64,000 nucleotides of DNA from Pseudobdellovibrionaceae bacterium (GCA_039810425.1 JBDHWW010000004.1:1-64000), one strand, 5' to 3'. Counted from the stretch's first letter, positions 18,091 to 29,596 are shown. The notes: a model not told the origin generated them from the letters alone. Numbers and translations are program-made.

Positions 18091-19867
18091 GGTTCACCCC
18101 AGATCCGGATTGGACGCTGACAATGGTGCGAAAGCTGGGGCTTGATTGCTTTAGATCGGAAGCCGTGCCCAGTGCTTCGATGGCACCGTCTTTCAATACA
18201 ATGATTTTATCCGTGCTCTTCAAAGAGCTTAAACGATGTGCGACCGTCAGGCGGGCCTGGGTGTCTTTGGCCTTGGCCAGTTCTTCTTCAATCATCTTTT
18301 CAGTGCGGGTATCCACGGCACTTAAAGAGTCATCCAAAATCAAAAACGGTGAAGTCAAAAGAAGACCACGCGCAATACTCAGACGTTGCTTTTGGCCACC
18401 GGACAAATTCACTCCGCGCTCGCCCAGTTGCGATTCGAACTTCTGCGGCAGGTTTTCGACCTCGCCACGGATGTTGACGACTTCGGTCATGCGCTCGATA
18501 CTTCTGAACTCTGGGTCTTCGTGAAAACCGTAACTCACATTTCGTGAAACCGTTTCATTGAATAAGAACACTTCTTGAGTGACGAGCACAATGCTCGCGC
18601 GCAGGCTTTTCAGAGTGTAATGGTCAATCGGCAGATTATTGACTAATATTTGGCCTTCGAGCACCGGATACAGACGCAACAGCAAATTCACGAGTGTTGA
18701 CTTGCCGGAACCTACTTGGCCCATGAGGCCAAAATGCTCGCCTTGGCCGATCTTGAATGAAATATCTTTCAAAGCATATACTTCCGCGCCCGGGTATTTG
18801 AAAGAAACATTGCGGAACTCGAGCGACTCAAACTCTTGCAGTTCGATCGAGCCGGTGTCAGGGGTATCGGTCGTTTGAGTCATCACTTCTTTAATGCGCT
18901 CGACCGAAGCGCGGCCCTTTTCATAGTACGAAAACCCCACCCCCAGTGCCGTCACCGGCCACACCATTTTTTGAATATAACGGTGAAATGCCACAAAGGT
19001 CCCGATCGTCACAGCACCCGTATACAAATCATTGGCGGCGATAAAGAACAAAATCACCGACCCACTCGTCACGCCGAATTCCATCACCGGGAGGAACAGG
19101 GAATCAATGAAGGCCACTTTATTGTTGGCGACCTCCAGCTTCCGGCTGGATTCGCAGAACATCCGCGTGCGGTGATCTTCCTGCGCGAACGACTTCACGA
19201 CACGAATTCCGCCGATCGTTTCCTGAGTCACGCCGGTGAGCTCTGAAAAACGGTCTTGCGCGATTTTGTAATTGCTGTGAATAAGCTTCATGACTTTGTG
19301 AATGAGAAACGGCACGAGCGGCAGCAATATCAATGTTTGCCACGTCCAAGTGAAATTCATCGTGAACATCACTGGCAAAATAATTGAGAGATAAATCAAA
19401 CCATCAAGAAAAATCAAAAGTCCGTGGCCGATCGCCTGACGGAACGACGAAACATCATTCGTCGCAACGCTCATCAATTCACCGACTTGGCTTTTTTGGA
19501 AAAAGCTCGGGCCGAGATTCATGAAGTGTTTGAAAATTCTTAAACGCATGTCTTCCATCGCGTAAGTGTGAAATTTTCCGAAGTTGCGGCGCCAGCCAAA
19601 ACGAGTCAGACCCAAAACCGTGATGGCGGCAACCAGCAACAAGCTGGTGCGGCCGAGCTCTCCGAGGGGCTGGTGTTTTTCAATTTGATCAATACCGACT
19701 TTGAGAAGGAGCGGATAAAGACCGTCCAACGCGTTGGTGACGATCAAAAGCAAAATTCCAATGGTAAACGCCCGCGGCTGATCACGGATGTAGTGAATCA
19801 GGGGATTTTTAAAAAGTTTTGAGATTTCCGCAGTATTTTCTGGAATCGAGCTGTAGCCGGCCGACAT
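18083..19867 (-). CDS. ABC exporter half-transporter (MdlA/YheI-like)
   Basis: GQVGSGKS, LSGGQKQR, degenerate Walker B ILDDS typical of heterodimers. Confidence 0.92.
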   Translation of the reverse strand: MSAGYSSIPENTAEISKLFKNPLIHYIRDQPRAFTIGILLLIVTNALDGLYPLLLKVGIDQIEKHQPLGELGRTSLLLVAAITVLGLTRFGWRRNFGKFHTYAMEDMRLRIFKHFMNLGPSFFQKSQVGELMSVATNDVSSFRQAIGHGLLIFLDGLIYLSIILPVMFTMNFTWTWQTLILLPLVPFLIHKVMKLIHSNYKIAQDRFSELTGVTQETIGGIRVVKSFAQEDHRTRMFCESSRKLEVANNKVAFIDSLFLPVMEFGVTSGSVILFFIAANDLYTGAVTIGTFVAFHRYIQKMVWPVTALGVGFSYYEKGRASVERIKEVMTQTTDTPDTGSIELQEFESLEFRNVSFKYPGAEVYALKDISFKIGQGEHFGLMGQVGSGKSTLVNLLLRLYPVLEGQILVNNLPIDHYTLKSLRASIVLVTQEVFLFNETVSRNVSYGFHEDPEFRSIERMTEVVNIRGEVENLPQKFESQLGERGVNLSGGQKQRLSIARGLLLTSPFLILDDSLSAVDTRTEKMIEEELAKAKDTQARLTVAHRLSSLKSTDKIIVLKDGAIEALGTASDLKQSSPSFRTIVSVQSGSGVNHE

Positions 19868-19906
19868 AGGCTCCTAGTATCGCCCTGAACGCCGGCCCTC
19901 GCAAGT

Positions 19907-20464
19907 TTAGTTTTTGCCAGCAAAGACGCTCGCCAGCGAAGCTCCCATGTTCACTTTGAATTTCTCTTTCAGATCTGGCGAGTCTAAACCTTGCTCATAA
20001 GCGGAGCAGGTGATCTGAATTTGATCGATGCCAGCCCTCTTTGCATCGCGGGCCGTGGCGTCGATAAGAATCGACATCGTGGTCTCTTGAATATTGGTGA
20101 TTTTAAAGGCCGAGGCTTTTTTCACCTTCACGGAAGGGGCCTTGAAAATATTTTTTGAGATCGTGGTTCGAAACTCACAGCTGTCCGAGGACGAGGAACT
20201 CGTGCGCATGAAGGTCTTTTTTTTCAGATCCCAGACGCTGGTATAAGGTACAAACTCTTCCGGTGTGAGCCCGGTTTTTTGCAACTGAAGCTCTTTTGTC
20301 AGGATCCATTCACTCCCAGGCGTCATTTTGAGAGGTTTGCCAGGGGCCATGGAAGTTGCCGCTGTTTTGGGCGACGGGGTTGTGGATTTTATCGTGGTTT
20401 TCGCGGCATGGGCGGCGTGAACCGCGGTGAAAGAGAGAAAGAAAATGAAAATCTGTTTTATCAT
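19907..20464 (-). CDS. Secreted hypothetical protein
   Basis: Signal peptide MIKQIFIFFLSFTAVHAAHA. Confidence 0.7.
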   Translation of the reverse strand: MIKQIFIFFLSFTAVHAAHAAKTTIKSTTPSPKTAATSMAPGKPLKMTPGSEWILTKELQLQKTGLTPEEFVPYTSVWDLKKKTFMRTSSSSSDSCEFRTTISKNIFKAPSVKVKKASAFKITNIQETTMSILIDATARDAKRAGIDQIQITCSAYEQGLDSPDLKEKFKVNMGASLASVFAGKN

Positions 20465-20505
20465 GCCCCCCAGTTTTTCAAAATGGGCGGGCGTTGTAAA
20501 CGGAC

Positions 20506-20537
20506 AAAAAAAGGGACGGAGTAAATCCATCCCTTTT
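20506..20537 (-). terminator. Intrinsic terminator after subtilase
   Basis: AAAAGGGATGGA/TCCGTCCCTTTTTTT on the minus strand. Confidence 0.75.
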
Positions 20538-20595
20538 GCCAGGCCCCCCGAACTGAGGTCGATGGCCAAATCTAATTTCGAACTCCAGGTCGAAA

Positions 20596-22053
20596 TTAGT
20601 AGTGCATCAATGCATTCACGTCGAGTTTACCTTCAGTGACAAGCTTGCCTTGGGCCGCTGGAATTTTCTTCGCGGAACCCAAGATCGCCGCTTTAACATC
20701 CCTCCAAGTTTTCTCAGGGTGGGCTGACCAGTACAAAGCGGCTGCTCCAGCAACATGCGGGGTCGCCATGGAAGTCCCGTCCCAAGTGGCGCGGAAGCCA
20801 TACTTGTCGATAACAAGGTCAGAGTATTCGCTGCCAACAGTGGTCGAGAACACTTTCACGCCGGGGGCCGCGATGTGAACAGTTTTAGCGCCCCAGTTCG
20901 AGAATGAACCGAAGTTGTCGTTCGCATCCACCGCCGCGACGGAAATGATGTTTTCATGAGCGTAAGTGGCAGGATAAGAAGGCTTAGGATCCGTGTCGTT
21001 GCTGTAGCCGACACCTTGGTGGCCGTTACCAGCCGCCGCGATGAAGAGAACGTCTTTATCCATAGCGTATTGAACCGCATCACGAAGTGCTTGGTTCTCA
21101 GTGCCTTCGGCGGGGTCTTCACCCTCTGAACCCCAAGAGTTAGAAAGAACTTTCGCGCCGTTATCCACTGCATAGCGAATCGCTTTGATGGCGTCAGCAG
21201 TCGTACCGCCGCCTTTATCGCCGATGAAACGCAAAGCCATGATTTTTACGTTCGGAGCAACGCCAGAGATGCCAACGCCATTGCCACCGCGAGCTGCGAC
21301 GTTGCCAGCACAGTGAGTTCCGTGGCCTGGATTGCCACCTGCAAGCAACTGCAAAGGTTCAACTGCCAAATCGTACGGTTTGTTGTCGTTAGAAACAAAG
21401 TCCCAGCCGATCACATCGTCGATGTAACCGTTATTGTCATCGTCGATACCGTTGTCAGGAATTTCATTTTGATTCCTCCACATGTTCGCAACCAAATCTT
21501 GGTGAGTGTAATCAACACCCGTGTCAATCACCGCGACGATCATCTCGGGAGAGCCCATTGAAACTTTCCAAGCTTCTTGTACGCCGATATCTTTCATGCC
21601 CCATTGGTTGTTGAACAAAGGATCCGTACCAACACCTTGCTGTGGAGCAGCAAGAATGTCTGGGTTGTCGATGTACTTCTTATCTTTTGCAAAGGTTCCC
21701 GCCATTGCCTTTTCGCGGGCGGCGTATTTCATTAAAGCCGCGCGGCGAAGAGGGTCTTGAACCGAGTAATCTTCCAACAAGTGAACCGGATAGTTCGGTT
21801 GAATGTAGGCAATCGCCGGGTTGGATTGAAGAGTCCTTATGTTGTGCGCGTTGATTTTTCCCCCTTTAACGCGGATCCATTGGTCATTCAATTGCTCAAC
21901 TTTAGCACCACTGCCTTCAAATTGTGCAAAAAGCTGCATCGAGTAGCCCGCATTTGGAGCTAACTTGATCAAAACGTCCTGTTTGTGGTCTTTCTGAGCC
22001 GCGTGCGCGCTCAGAGACAAACTCATAGCTGCCGCTATAATGTGCAATAACAT
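20596..22053 (-). CDS. Secreted S8 subtilisin-like serine protease
   Basis: Triad motifs DTG, HGTH, GTSMA; AAAGN; signal peptide. Confidence 0.95.
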   Translation of the reverse strand: MLLHIIAAAMSLSLSAHAAQKDHKQDVLIKLAPNAGYSMQLFAQFEGSGAKVEQLNDQWIRVKGGKINAHNIRTLQSNPAIAYIQPNYPVHLLEDYSVQDPLRRAALMKYAAREKAMAGTFAKDKKYIDNPDILAAPQQGVGTDPLFNNQWGMKDIGVQEAWKVSMGSPEMIVAVIDTGVDYTHQDLVANMWRNQNEIPDNGIDDDNNGYIDDVIGWDFVSNDNKPYDLAVEPLQLLAGGNPGHGTHCAGNVAARGGNGVGISGVAPNVKIMALRFIGDKGGGTTADAIKAIRYAVDNGAKVLSNSWGSEGEDPAEGTENQALRDAVQYAMDKDVLFIAAAGNGHQGVGYSNDTDPKPSYPATYAHENIISVAAVDANDNFGSFSNWGAKTVHIAAPGVKVFSTTVGSEYSDLVIDKYGFRATWDGTSMATPHVAGAAALYWSAHPEKTWRDVKAAILGSAKKIPAAQGKLVTEGKLDVNALMHY

Positions 22054-22130
22054 GGATTCCCCCTCACATGTTGAGTTACTGGACCATCGTTGGTCTCAAT
22101 CTCCAATTCTAGAAACAAGCTCGCGCTGTA

Positions 22131-22146
22131 AGCAAATGCAAATCCA
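22131..22146 (-). promoter_or_regulatory. Possible sigma54 promoter of the subtilase
   Basis: Minus strand TGGATTTGCATTTGCT (GG-N10-GC). Confidence 0.4.
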
Positions 22147-22264
22147 GAGGAGGGAGCGCATGCGTTGAAGTAATTGAAAGCCGCTCTCTAAATTATCTAT
22201 CTAGTTGTCATGTCTCGCCATTTTCTGTAACTAATTGAGAGTTAAATGAAAATGGAGTGTCAAA

Positions 22265-22855
22265 ATGAATTCAGCTGATGGATCAGTCATCCTGACTGAC
22301 AAGTCCAATGGTTCGACGAAGCCGGACCAGTCGTTAGCGACTCAGTCACTCGACGACATGTCACGCGCTTATGCGTTCACAACTCGTCTCGATGATCTGG
22401 TTGCTTGGGGTAGAAAAAATTCTTTGTGGCCAATGCCGTATGGGACCGCTTGTTGTGGCATCGAACTCATGTCGGTGATGGGGCCCCGGTACGATCTCGC
22501 GCGATTCGGGGCCGAGGTTGTCCGATTTTCCCCTCGCCAAGCGGACTTGTTGCTGGTGGCGGGAACGATCACTGAAAAAATGGCGCCAGTTCTTGTGCGG
22601 ATCTACGAACAAATGCTCGATCCAAAATACGTGATCTCTATGGGTGCTTGCGCAAGCTCTGGTGGCTTCTACCGCGCTTACCACGTTCTTCAAGGCTGCG
22701 ACAAAGTCATCCCTGTGGACGTTTATGTCCCAGGTTGCCCTCCGACTCCGGAAGCCGTTTTGGATGGCGTGATGGCATTGCAGAGAATGATCGCGAAACA
22801 CACACCACGTCCGTGGAAGGACCAATGGAAGTCGCCGTATGAGCAAACTCGATAA
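22265..22855 (+). CDS. nuoB: NADH-quinone oxidoreductase subunit B
   Basis: [24 protein letters not shown]. Confidence 0.96.
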   Translation: MNSADGSVILTDKSNGSTKPDQSLATQSLDDMSRAYAFTTRLDDLVAWGRKNSLWPMPYGTACCGIELMSVMGPRYDLARFGAEVVRFSPRQADLLLVAGTITEKMAPVLVRIYEQMLDPKYVISMGACASSGGFYRAYHVLQGCDKVIPVDVYVPGCPPTPEAVLDGVMALQRMIAKHTPRPWKDQWKSPYEQTR

Positions 22856-24521
22856 TATCAAAACCGACCTTGCGTCGAAGTTTAATACCGCCAACTACAA
22901 ATTCGTTCATGCGTTTGGTGACGATGTTTTGGAAATTCCAAAAGAAGACATCTTGCCCGTGCTCCGTCACTTCAAAGCGTCCCAGCGTTTTGATTTCTTG
23001 ATGGACATTTGCGGCGTTGACTATCCAACACGCCAAAAACGTTTCGATGTGGTTTACCATTTGTTCTCGTCTAAAGACGGCTCGCGCTTGCGTATCAAAT
23101 GCCCAGTGGGCGATGGCGAGTGGATTGATTCCGCAATCAACACCTGGGTGGGGGCGGACTGGTTTGAACGTGAAGCCTACGATATGTTTGGCATCAAGTT
23201 TAACGGTCACCCAAATCTTCGTAAGATTTTGACCCACCACCAGTTTGTCGGCCATCCACTTCGTAAAGATTACGAAGCCGATGCCCAACAACACTGCACA
23301 GAGCCATTGCCTATTCATTTCAACAACGAGCCGGGGGAGGATGGCTCCATCCTCAACGACAGATACGTTCCATTGAACATCGGTCCATCGCATCCAGCGA
23401 TGCACGGAACTCTCCGTGTGATGGTGGAGCTTGACGGGGAAACCATCGTTCGCGCAAATCCAGAGATCGGCTATCTTCACCGCTGCTTTGAAAAAATGGC
23501 GGAAACCCATCCCTACAATCAGGTGATTCCGTACACGGACCGTTTGAACTACTGTTCAGCGCCGATGAATAATGTGGGTTACTGTAAAGCGGTTGAAAGG
23601 CTTTTGGGCGTGGAAATCCCGCCAAAAGCTCAAGCAATGCGTGTGGTATTGGCGGAGTTGTCACGTATTATCGACCACATCATCGCGGTGGGTACTGGCG
23701 GCGTGGATTTGGGCGCTCTCTCTGCGTTTTTCCACCTCTTCACCTACCGTGAAAAAGTTTATACTTTGTTTGAAAAACTCTGCGGCGCCCGTTTGACCGT
23801 GGCGATGACCCGCGTGGGCGGCATGGCTCAGGACACCCCCGAGGGCTGGTTCGACGATGTTCTCGTATTCTGCAAAGATATGCGCGGGCAAGTTGATGAG
23901 ATCTCTCGCTTGATGCTGGACAATAAAATCTTCATCAAACGCACTCAAGGCGTTTGCCCGGTGACTGCGACTGAAGCGGTTCAATGGGGTTACACTGGTC
24001 CATTGCTCCGTGCTTCGGGCGTGAACCTCGATTTGCGCAAAGCGACCCCATACTATGGTTATGATGCTTTGAACTTCGACGTCCCCGTGGGGACGAGCGG
24101 TGATATCTATGACCGTTACCTCGTGCGTATCGAAGAGATGAAGCAAAGTATCCGGATCATCGAGCAAATCTGTAAAAACCCACCAAGTGGTGATTACACA
24201 ATCCGCGATAAAGGCATTGTTCTTCCGGAGAAGAAGGATGTTTATGGAAACATCGAAGGTTTGATGAATCACTTCATGTTGATCATTAGAGGTCTTCGCC
24301 CGCCAGCGGGCGAAGTGTACGACGCGACGGAAGCAGCCAACGGTGAGTTGGGCTTCTACTTGGTCAGTGATGGTTCTGCGAACCCTTACCGTTTGAAAGT
24401 GCGTCCCCCTTGCTTCGCGATCTATCAATCGTTCCCGTCAGTGGTTAAGGGCGCGATGATTGCGGATGCGATTGCAACAGTAGCAAGTATGAATCTTATT
24501 GCCGGCGAACTAGACCGCTAA
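22839..24521 (+). CDS. nuoCD: NADH-quinone oxidoreductase fused subunit C/D
   Basis: EREAYDMFG and GHPLRKD (C part); [19 protein letters not shown] (D part). Confidence 0.95.
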   Translation: MSKLDNIKTDLASKFNTANYKFVHAFGDDVLEIPKEDILPVLRHFKASQRFDFLMDICGVDYPTRQKRFDVVYHLFSSKDGSRLRIKCPVGDGEWIDSAINTWVGADWFEREAYDMFGIKFNGHPNLRKILTHHQFVGHPLRKDYEADAQQHCTEPLPIHFNNEPGEDGSILNDRYVPLNIGPSHPAMHGTLRVMVELDGETIVRANPEIGYLHRCFEKMAETHPYNQVIPYTDRLNYCSAPMNNVGYCKAVERLLGVEIPPKAQAMRVVLAELSRIIDHIIAVGTGGVDLGALSAFFHLFTYREKVYTLFEKLCGARLTVAMTRVGGMAQDTPEGWFDDVLVFCKDMRGQVDEISRLMLDNKIFIKRTQGVCPVTATEAVQWGYTGPLLRASGVNLDLRKATPYYGYDALNFDVPVGTSGDIYDRYLVRIEEMKQSIRIIEQICKNPPSGDYTIRDKGIVLPEKKDVYGNIEGLMNHFMLIIRGLRPPAGEVYDATEAANGELGFYLVSDGSANPYRLKVRPPCFAIYQSFPSVVKGAMIADAIATVASMNLIAGELDR

Positions 24522-24583
24522 CCGGCGGATGCTGAGGATGTGGAGGGCCGCGGGCCCGACACTGGACTGGAGAAAAAAGTATT

Positions 24584-25060
24584 ATGGCTTTTAATTTGTC
24601 TGAAGAGGGAATTAAAAAAGTTAAGCAAGAACTCTCTCGTTATGAAACGAAAGAGTCCGCGATCATTCCAAGCCTGTTTGTCGCTCAAAAAGAGAACAAC
24701 GGCTGGGTGAATAACGATGTGATCCACGCGCTTTCAAAAGTCATGGATATCCCCGCTAGTAAAATCAATGAAGTTTTCAAGTTCTATACAATGTTCAATC
24801 AAAAGAAGGTGGGCAAATTCCACGTTCAAGTTTGCACGAACATTTCTTGTGCATTGAACGGCAGCCGTGAGCTTGCAAACCACATCTGCCACGAACTTAA
24901 AACGAAGTTCGAAGAAGTGACGCCAGACGGCCGCTTCACGGTCTCTAAGGTGGAATGCCTTGGTTCTTGCGGGACGGCTCCGATGATGCAAGTGAATGAC
25001 AAGTATTACGAGAATTTGACTCACGAATCCGCAATGAATTTGTTGAGGGGGATGAAGTAA
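24584..25060 (+). CDS. nuoE: NADH-quinone oxidoreductase subunit E
   Basis: CTNISC and ECLGSCGTAP 2Fe-2S ligands. Confidence 0.95.
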   Translation: MAFNLSEEGIKKVKQELSRYETKESAIIPSLFVAQKENNGWVNNDVIHALSKVMDIPASKINEVFKFYTMFNQKKVGKFHVQVCTNISCALNGSRELANHICHELKTKFEEVTPDGRFTVSKVECLGSCGTAPMMQVNDKYYENLTHESAMNLLRGMK

Positions 25061-26349
25061 TGGAATCTAAACTACTGACAGAATTTTATCATCTTGATGA
25101 ATTTCGCGGAATCGACGGTTACAAAAAAAATGGCGGTTACGTCGACCTGGGAAGAGCTTTGAAAATGCAACCGCAACAAATCATCGATGAAGTGAAGGCG
25201 TCCGGCCTTCGTGGCCGTGGTGGTGCGGGGTTCCCAACCGGAACGAAATGGTCTTTTCTTCCTAAAAACGGGGAACCTCGTTATCTATTGTGTAATGCCG
25301 ATGAAGGGGAGCCCGGAACATTTAAAGACCGTTTGATGATGGAGCGGGCGCCGCACCAGCTTATTGAAGGCATGATTATCTCTGCTTTCGCCATCGGTTC
25401 TAAAAAATCTTACATCTACGTTCGTGGTGAGTATCACTATCCAATCTCCGTGTTGGAAAAAGCGATCCGCGAGGCTTACGATGCGGGTTACCTCGGTAAA
25501 AACATCCTCGGTTCGGGCTTTGATCACGACATGGACGTTTACTCAGGCGCTGGCGCTTACATCTGCGGCGAAGAGACGGGTATGATTTCTTCACTGGAGG
25601 GCGCAAAAGGCCAACCAAAATTGAAGCCGCCATTCCCGGCAGTTCAAGGTTACCTCCGTAAACCAACGATCGTGAATAACGTAGAAACACTGGCCGCGGT
25701 GAAGTACATCATCCGCGATGGCGCTCAAGCTTACCGTAAACATGGAACTGAAAAGTCTCCAGGTACGAAATTGTTTTCTCTTTCCGGCAACGTGATGAAG
25801 CCGGGTAACTACGAAGTGCCACTTGCGTATCCTTTGATTGATTTGATCAACAAAGAAGGTGGCGGGATGAAGTCCGGTCGCAAGCTCAAAGCGGTGATTC
25901 CGGGCGGCTCTTCGGCTCCTGTGATCACAGCGGCGGAAGTTGAAAAAGCCACGCTAGACTATGAATGCCTCGCAGGTATGGGCACGATGTTAGGGTCTGG
26001 CGCGGTGATCGTTATCGACGATTCCCAGTGCATGGTCGATATGTTGGGAGTTCTGACTCACTTCTATCACCACGAATCTTGCGGCCAGTGCACTCCATGT
26101 CGTGAAGGCACGGGTTGGTTGAACAAGATCGTTCACTCGATCTTGGAAGGCAAAGGCCGTTTGCAAGACATCGAATTGCTCGAGAAAGTCGCCGACAACA
26201 TGAAGGGCCGCACGATTTGCGCGCTTTCAGATGCGGCCGCATTGCCAGTGTTGAGCTTTGTTTCTAAGTTCCGTGACGAATTTGAATTCTATGTTCGTGA
26301 AGGACGCTCTAAAGTGAAGGGTACGACGTATGCCGAAATGCACCATTAA
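25060..26349 (+). CDS. nuoF: NADH-quinone oxidoreductase subunit F
   Basis: GRGGAGF, CNADEGEPG, ESCGQCTPCREG. Confidence 0.96.
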   Translation: MESKLLTEFYHLDEFRGIDGYKKNGGYVDLGRALKMQPQQIIDEVKASGLRGRGGAGFPTGTKWSFLPKNGEPRYLLCNADEGEPGTFKDRLMMERAPHQLIEGMIISAFAIGSKKSYIYVRGEYHYPISVLEKAIREAYDAGYLGKNILGSGFDHDMDVYSGAGAYICGEETGMISSLEGAKGQPKLKPPFPAVQGYLRKPTIVNNVETLAAVKYIIRDGAQAYRKHGTEKSPGTKLFSLSGNVMKPGNYEVPLAYPLIDLINKEGGGMKSGRKLKAVIPGGSSAPVITAAEVEKATLDYECLAGMGTMLGSGAVIVIDDSQCMVDMLGVLTHFYHHESCGQCTPCREGTGWLNKIVHSILEGKGRLQDIELLEKVADNMKGRTICALSDAAALPVLSFVSKFRDEFEFYVREGRSKVKGTTYAEMHH

Positions 26350-27916
26350 TGGTAAAGAAGTAGAAGTAAAAGAAGGCACAACGATCATCGAGGCCATGTA
26401 TAAAAACAAGGATTCGATTGCCCACTATTGCTATCATCCAGGACTGAGTGTCGCGGGTGTGTGTCGTCTATGTATGGTGGAAATCGAAGGAAATCCACGT
26501 GTTCAAATTGCCTGCAATACCACAATCACTGAAGGCATGAAGATCAACAACACCTCTCAGAAGGTGAAAGATGCGACGAAGTGGGGTCTCGACTTCCATT
26601 TGATCAACCATCCGCTGGATTGCCCGATCTGTGACCAGGCCGGCGAATGTGGTCTTCAAGATCAGTACATGGAATTCGGTAAGTACGATCCGGAAATGGC
26701 CGAGAAGAAGCAAAAGAAACACAAAGTGGTCGATTTGGGTCCTACAGTAGTTTTGGATTCCGAAAGATGTATTTTGTGTTCTCGTTGCGTGCGCTTCACG
26801 GACGAAGTTTCTAAAACACACGAGTTGGGTCTTTTCAACCGCGGCGATCGCACTGAGATCGGCACGGTTGAAGGCATTCAATTGGATAACAAATATTCAC
26901 TTAACGTGGTGGATATTTGTCCCGTGGGGGCTTTGACTTCGAAAGACTTCCGTTTCCGTCAGCGTGTTTGGTATCTCAAAGATTCTGAGACCGTGTGTAC
27001 GGGCTGCTCTACCGGCTGCAATGTGAAAGTGTACTTCAATAAAGAAGGTATGTTCCGTGTGAAGCCTGTGTTCAATGAGCAAGTGAACGGTCATTGGATG
27101 TGCGATGAGGGGCGCGGTATCTACAAGTTCACAAACAAAGAAGCTCGTTTGTTGAAAGCGAAAAAAGGCCAAGGCGGCCACTGGGCAGAGATGGCTCCGG
27201 GGGCGGCGGCGAAAGAACTGTCCGCATCTTTGAAGTCAGCAAGTGGTGATTCAATAGCGTTGGTTTTGACCGCCCAGTACACTGTTGAAGAGTACGAAGC
27301 GATCGTTGGCACTTTCGTTAATACATTCAAAACTAAGAAGATCTTCTTCTGGATCAATAACAAAGAATCTTTCGAAACGTTTGATGGCTTGCTCCTCCGC
27401 GGTGACAAGAATCCAAACACGAAAGGCTTGTTGAAGGTTTTGGAAAAGCATGGAATTACCGCTTCTTGGGGTGATTTGACAGCGGGTCTTGCGAACGGTT
27501 CTATCAAAACCGTGGTGGTAGCGGGTCCTGAAAACCAAGCGGTTTTCCCGGATATGAAAGATCGTATTACGGAGCTTTCTAAGGCCCAGACCTTGATTTG
27601 GATGCAAGCGGGCTCTAACGACCAGTTGGCTGCATTAAAGGGCAATGTGACTTTGATTCCACTGAAAACTTTCGTGGAAAAAGATGGGACTTTCATCAAT
27701 CACCAGGGTCTTGAGCAGAAGTTCAAGCGAGCGACAACGATCGTCTCTGAAGCTTTGACTTTGGATCAAGCGGCTAGCTTGCTCTCGGGCCAAGAGATCA
27801 AAATCTCAGTTCCCGTTGCGGTTGAAACATTTGTCGAGACCAACCGTCGTCCAGACGAGGTGATGCTTGAGCACAGAAAGAAAAATGAATTCGTATTCAA
27901 GAGAGGGGCTCTATGA
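26330..27916 (+). CDS. nuoG: NADH-quinone oxidoreductase subunit G (short form)
   Basis: CRLC, HPLDCPICDQAGEC, CILCSRC, CPVGAL, CTGCSTGC. Confidence 0.93.
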   Translation: MPKCTINGKEVEVKEGTTIIEAMYKNKDSIAHYCYHPGLSVAGVCRLCMVEIEGNPRVQIACNTTITEGMKINNTSQKVKDATKWGLDFHLINHPLDCPICDQAGECGLQDQYMEFGKYDPEMAEKKQKKHKVVDLGPTVVLDSERCILCSRCVRFTDEVSKTHELGLFNRGDRTEIGTVEGIQLDNKYSLNVVDICPVGALTSKDFRFRQRVWYLKDSETVCTGCSTGCNVKVYFNKEGMFRVKPVFNEQVNGHWMCDEGRGIYKFTNKEARLLKAKKGQGGHWAEMAPGAAAKELSASLKSASGDSIALVLTAQYTVEEYEAIVGTFVNTFKTKKIFFWINNKESFETFDGLLLRGDKNPNTKGLLKVLEKHGITASWGDLTAGLANGSIKTVVVAGPENQAVFPDMKDRITELSKAQTLIWMQAGSNDQLAALKGNVTLIPLKTFVEKDGTFINHQGLEQKFKRATTIVSEALTLDQAASLLSGQEIKISVPVAVETFVETNRRPDEVMLEHRKKNEFVFKRGAL

Positions 27917-28437
27917 GCGTAGTTCAAAATAATTCCGAAAAAAATAAGTGGTATCTGATCGGTATTTTGGGCGGTATGGGCATCACCATGAAGCACTTGG
28001 TGAAGAATCTTCTGAACAAAAAGAAGATGGTTACTTTGAATTACCCAGAGGAGAAGTATGAATACTCTCCGCGCTTCAAAGGGAACCACGTTTTGACAGT
28101 AAAGAAAGACGGCTCTCTTCGTTGCACGGCTTGTATGTTGTGTGCGACGAACTGCCCGGCGGAATGTATCAAAATTACGGCTGCTGAGCACGACGATCCC
28201 ACTGTTGAAAAATTCCCAATCAGCTACGAAATTGATATTCTTCGTTGCGTCTTCTGTGGTTTTTGCGAAGAAGCGTGCCCAGTGGACGCCATCCGCATGG
28301 GTCCGGAGTGGCAAACTCCGGGCGTGAACGGCAACAACTTTATCTACGACATCAATCACTTGGCATATCGTCCAAGCCTGAAGGGTGGAATTCTCACCCA
28401 CGTCGACGACGAAGAAAGACACAAAGCCGGAATCTAA
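27913..28437 (+). CDS. nuoI: NADH-quinone oxidoreductase subunit I
   Basis: Two CxxCxxCxxxCP motifs; YPEEK. Confidence 0.93.
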   Translation: MSVVQNNSEKNKWYLIGILGGMGITMKHLVKNLLNKKKMVTLNYPEEKYEYSPRFKGNHVLTVKKDGSLRCTACMLCATNCPAECIKITAAEHDDPTVEKFPISYEIDILRCVFCGFCEEACPVDAIRMGPEWQTPGVNGNNFIYDINHLAYRPSLKGGILTHVDDEERHKAGI

Positions 28438-28457
28438 AAGGTACGCCGTACCTTTTT
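28436..28457 (+). terminator. Intrinsic terminator of the nuo cluster
   Basis: AAAAGGTAC-gcc-GTACCTTTTT. Confidence 0.7.
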
Positions 28458-28469
28458 CGGATGCGCCGA

Positions 28470-28690
28470 GTAAAAGTTAAATTACGATTGAGCCCACGGT
28501 GAGGAACAAACTCATAGCCGATGAAATCAATATCCGGACGAAGAAGGCCAATCATCAAACCCGCCCGCCCGTAGCCCGAACCAAGATCGATAAAGCGAGT
28601 GCATGGGGCTGGGTTGATTTCACGAAGAGCGTTGAGCAGCGTTGAATATGAAGATTGTACACCGATGCCGGGTTCCCTTAAAAGGTGGAA
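28470..28690 (-). pseudogene. Class I SAM methyltransferase remnant
   Basis: FIDLGSGYGR...FIGYEFVPHR motifs I/II present; remainder of the fold missing; boundaries approximate. Confidence 0.65.
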
Positions 28691-28759
28691 CTCATTCCAG
28701 GATTTTGAAAAGATTTTTGAACTCGCCATCGCCTCGGAATTGTTGTTAAAATTATATGC

Positions 28760-29596
28760 ATGATGATTCGGTGTATTCTATTTGTGATAGTTATTTGCTT
28801 TACCGTGCAAGGCGGGGCGTTTGAAATTCAGGAAACTCCTAAAGAAGGTTTCGGAGGCGGTCACAACGTCAATCCTCAGGACTTTCCCACAAAAAGTTTT
28901 AGCTTTGGAACGTGCTCTGAGCGAATCCCGGTAAAGCCTGGCTCCAATCCTTGGCTTAGAGTTGTAAAAAGAAAAGGGAAGAAGGCCGCGATGAATCCTG
29001 ATCCGGTTTCAACGGTCGAGTCATATTATGTGACTCCAGGGAACCATGAAAAGCGTTTTTCAATCATCAATCAAGAGGATTCCATCTACGATACCCCGAC
29101 GACCCTGGCGCGTATTGATTGCAGGCACGGCTTGATTTACTTCCAGCATGTGATTCGCGAGCCGATTCCGACCAACCAGTATCGAGTGTATGACCTTATC
29201 AGTGGGGAAGAGTATCAGGTCACGGAAGGGGCCGTGACGATTTCCCCGGACGGCAGCTATATGATTACGGCAGGTGCCGCCGACCGCGATATGAAGTGTG
29301 GGCGTTCACCGAGTTGTGATATCGATATCAAGCTTTACCAGTGCAAAAAGCGCAAATCTCAGGGCGCGGCTTGCGATCTTCAGGCTGAAAAGAAATACAC
29401 TGTCAGCAAGCATGGCAAGGCGGCATCTTTTAGCCCAGTGCCGTTGAAATGGAATTGGAATAAGCACCGAAAAAAACTCAAAGCCACTCTCGGTGGTTCG
29501 TCACGCAGCCCCAGCAAGATCAATTGCAATGTGCTGCCCGCATTTAGTTGCAGCGTCGCGAAGAAGGGCTCACTCGAGTTTACAGCGAAAGAATAG
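28760..29596 (+). CDS. Secreted Cys-containing hypothetical protein
   Basis: 278-aa ORF with signal peptide; ISPDG turn. Confidence 0.7.
   Translation: MMIRCILFVIVICFTVQGGAFEIQETPKEGFGGGHNVNPQDFPTKSFSFGTCSERIPVKPGSNPWLRVVKRKGKKAAMNPDPVSTVESYYVTPGNHEKRFSIINQEDSIYDTPTTLARIDCRHGLIYFQHVIREPIPTNQYRVYDLISGEEYQVTEGAVTISPDGSYMITAGAADRDMKCGRSPSCDIDIKLYQCKKRKSQGAACDLQAEKKYTVSKHGKAASFSPVPLKWNWNKHRKKLKATLGGSSRSPSKINCNVLPAFSCSVAKKGSLEFTAKE

Noticed and set aside
15849..19867. Degenerate ABC motifs as a sign of pseudogenisation
   Set aside because: One degenerate nucleotide site is normal for heterodimeric ABC exporters.
22361..28422. Long antisense ORFs within the nuo genes (similar ones in clpB, ntrX, proS)
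   Set aside because: Expected shadows of codon bias in conserved genes, with no protein motifs.
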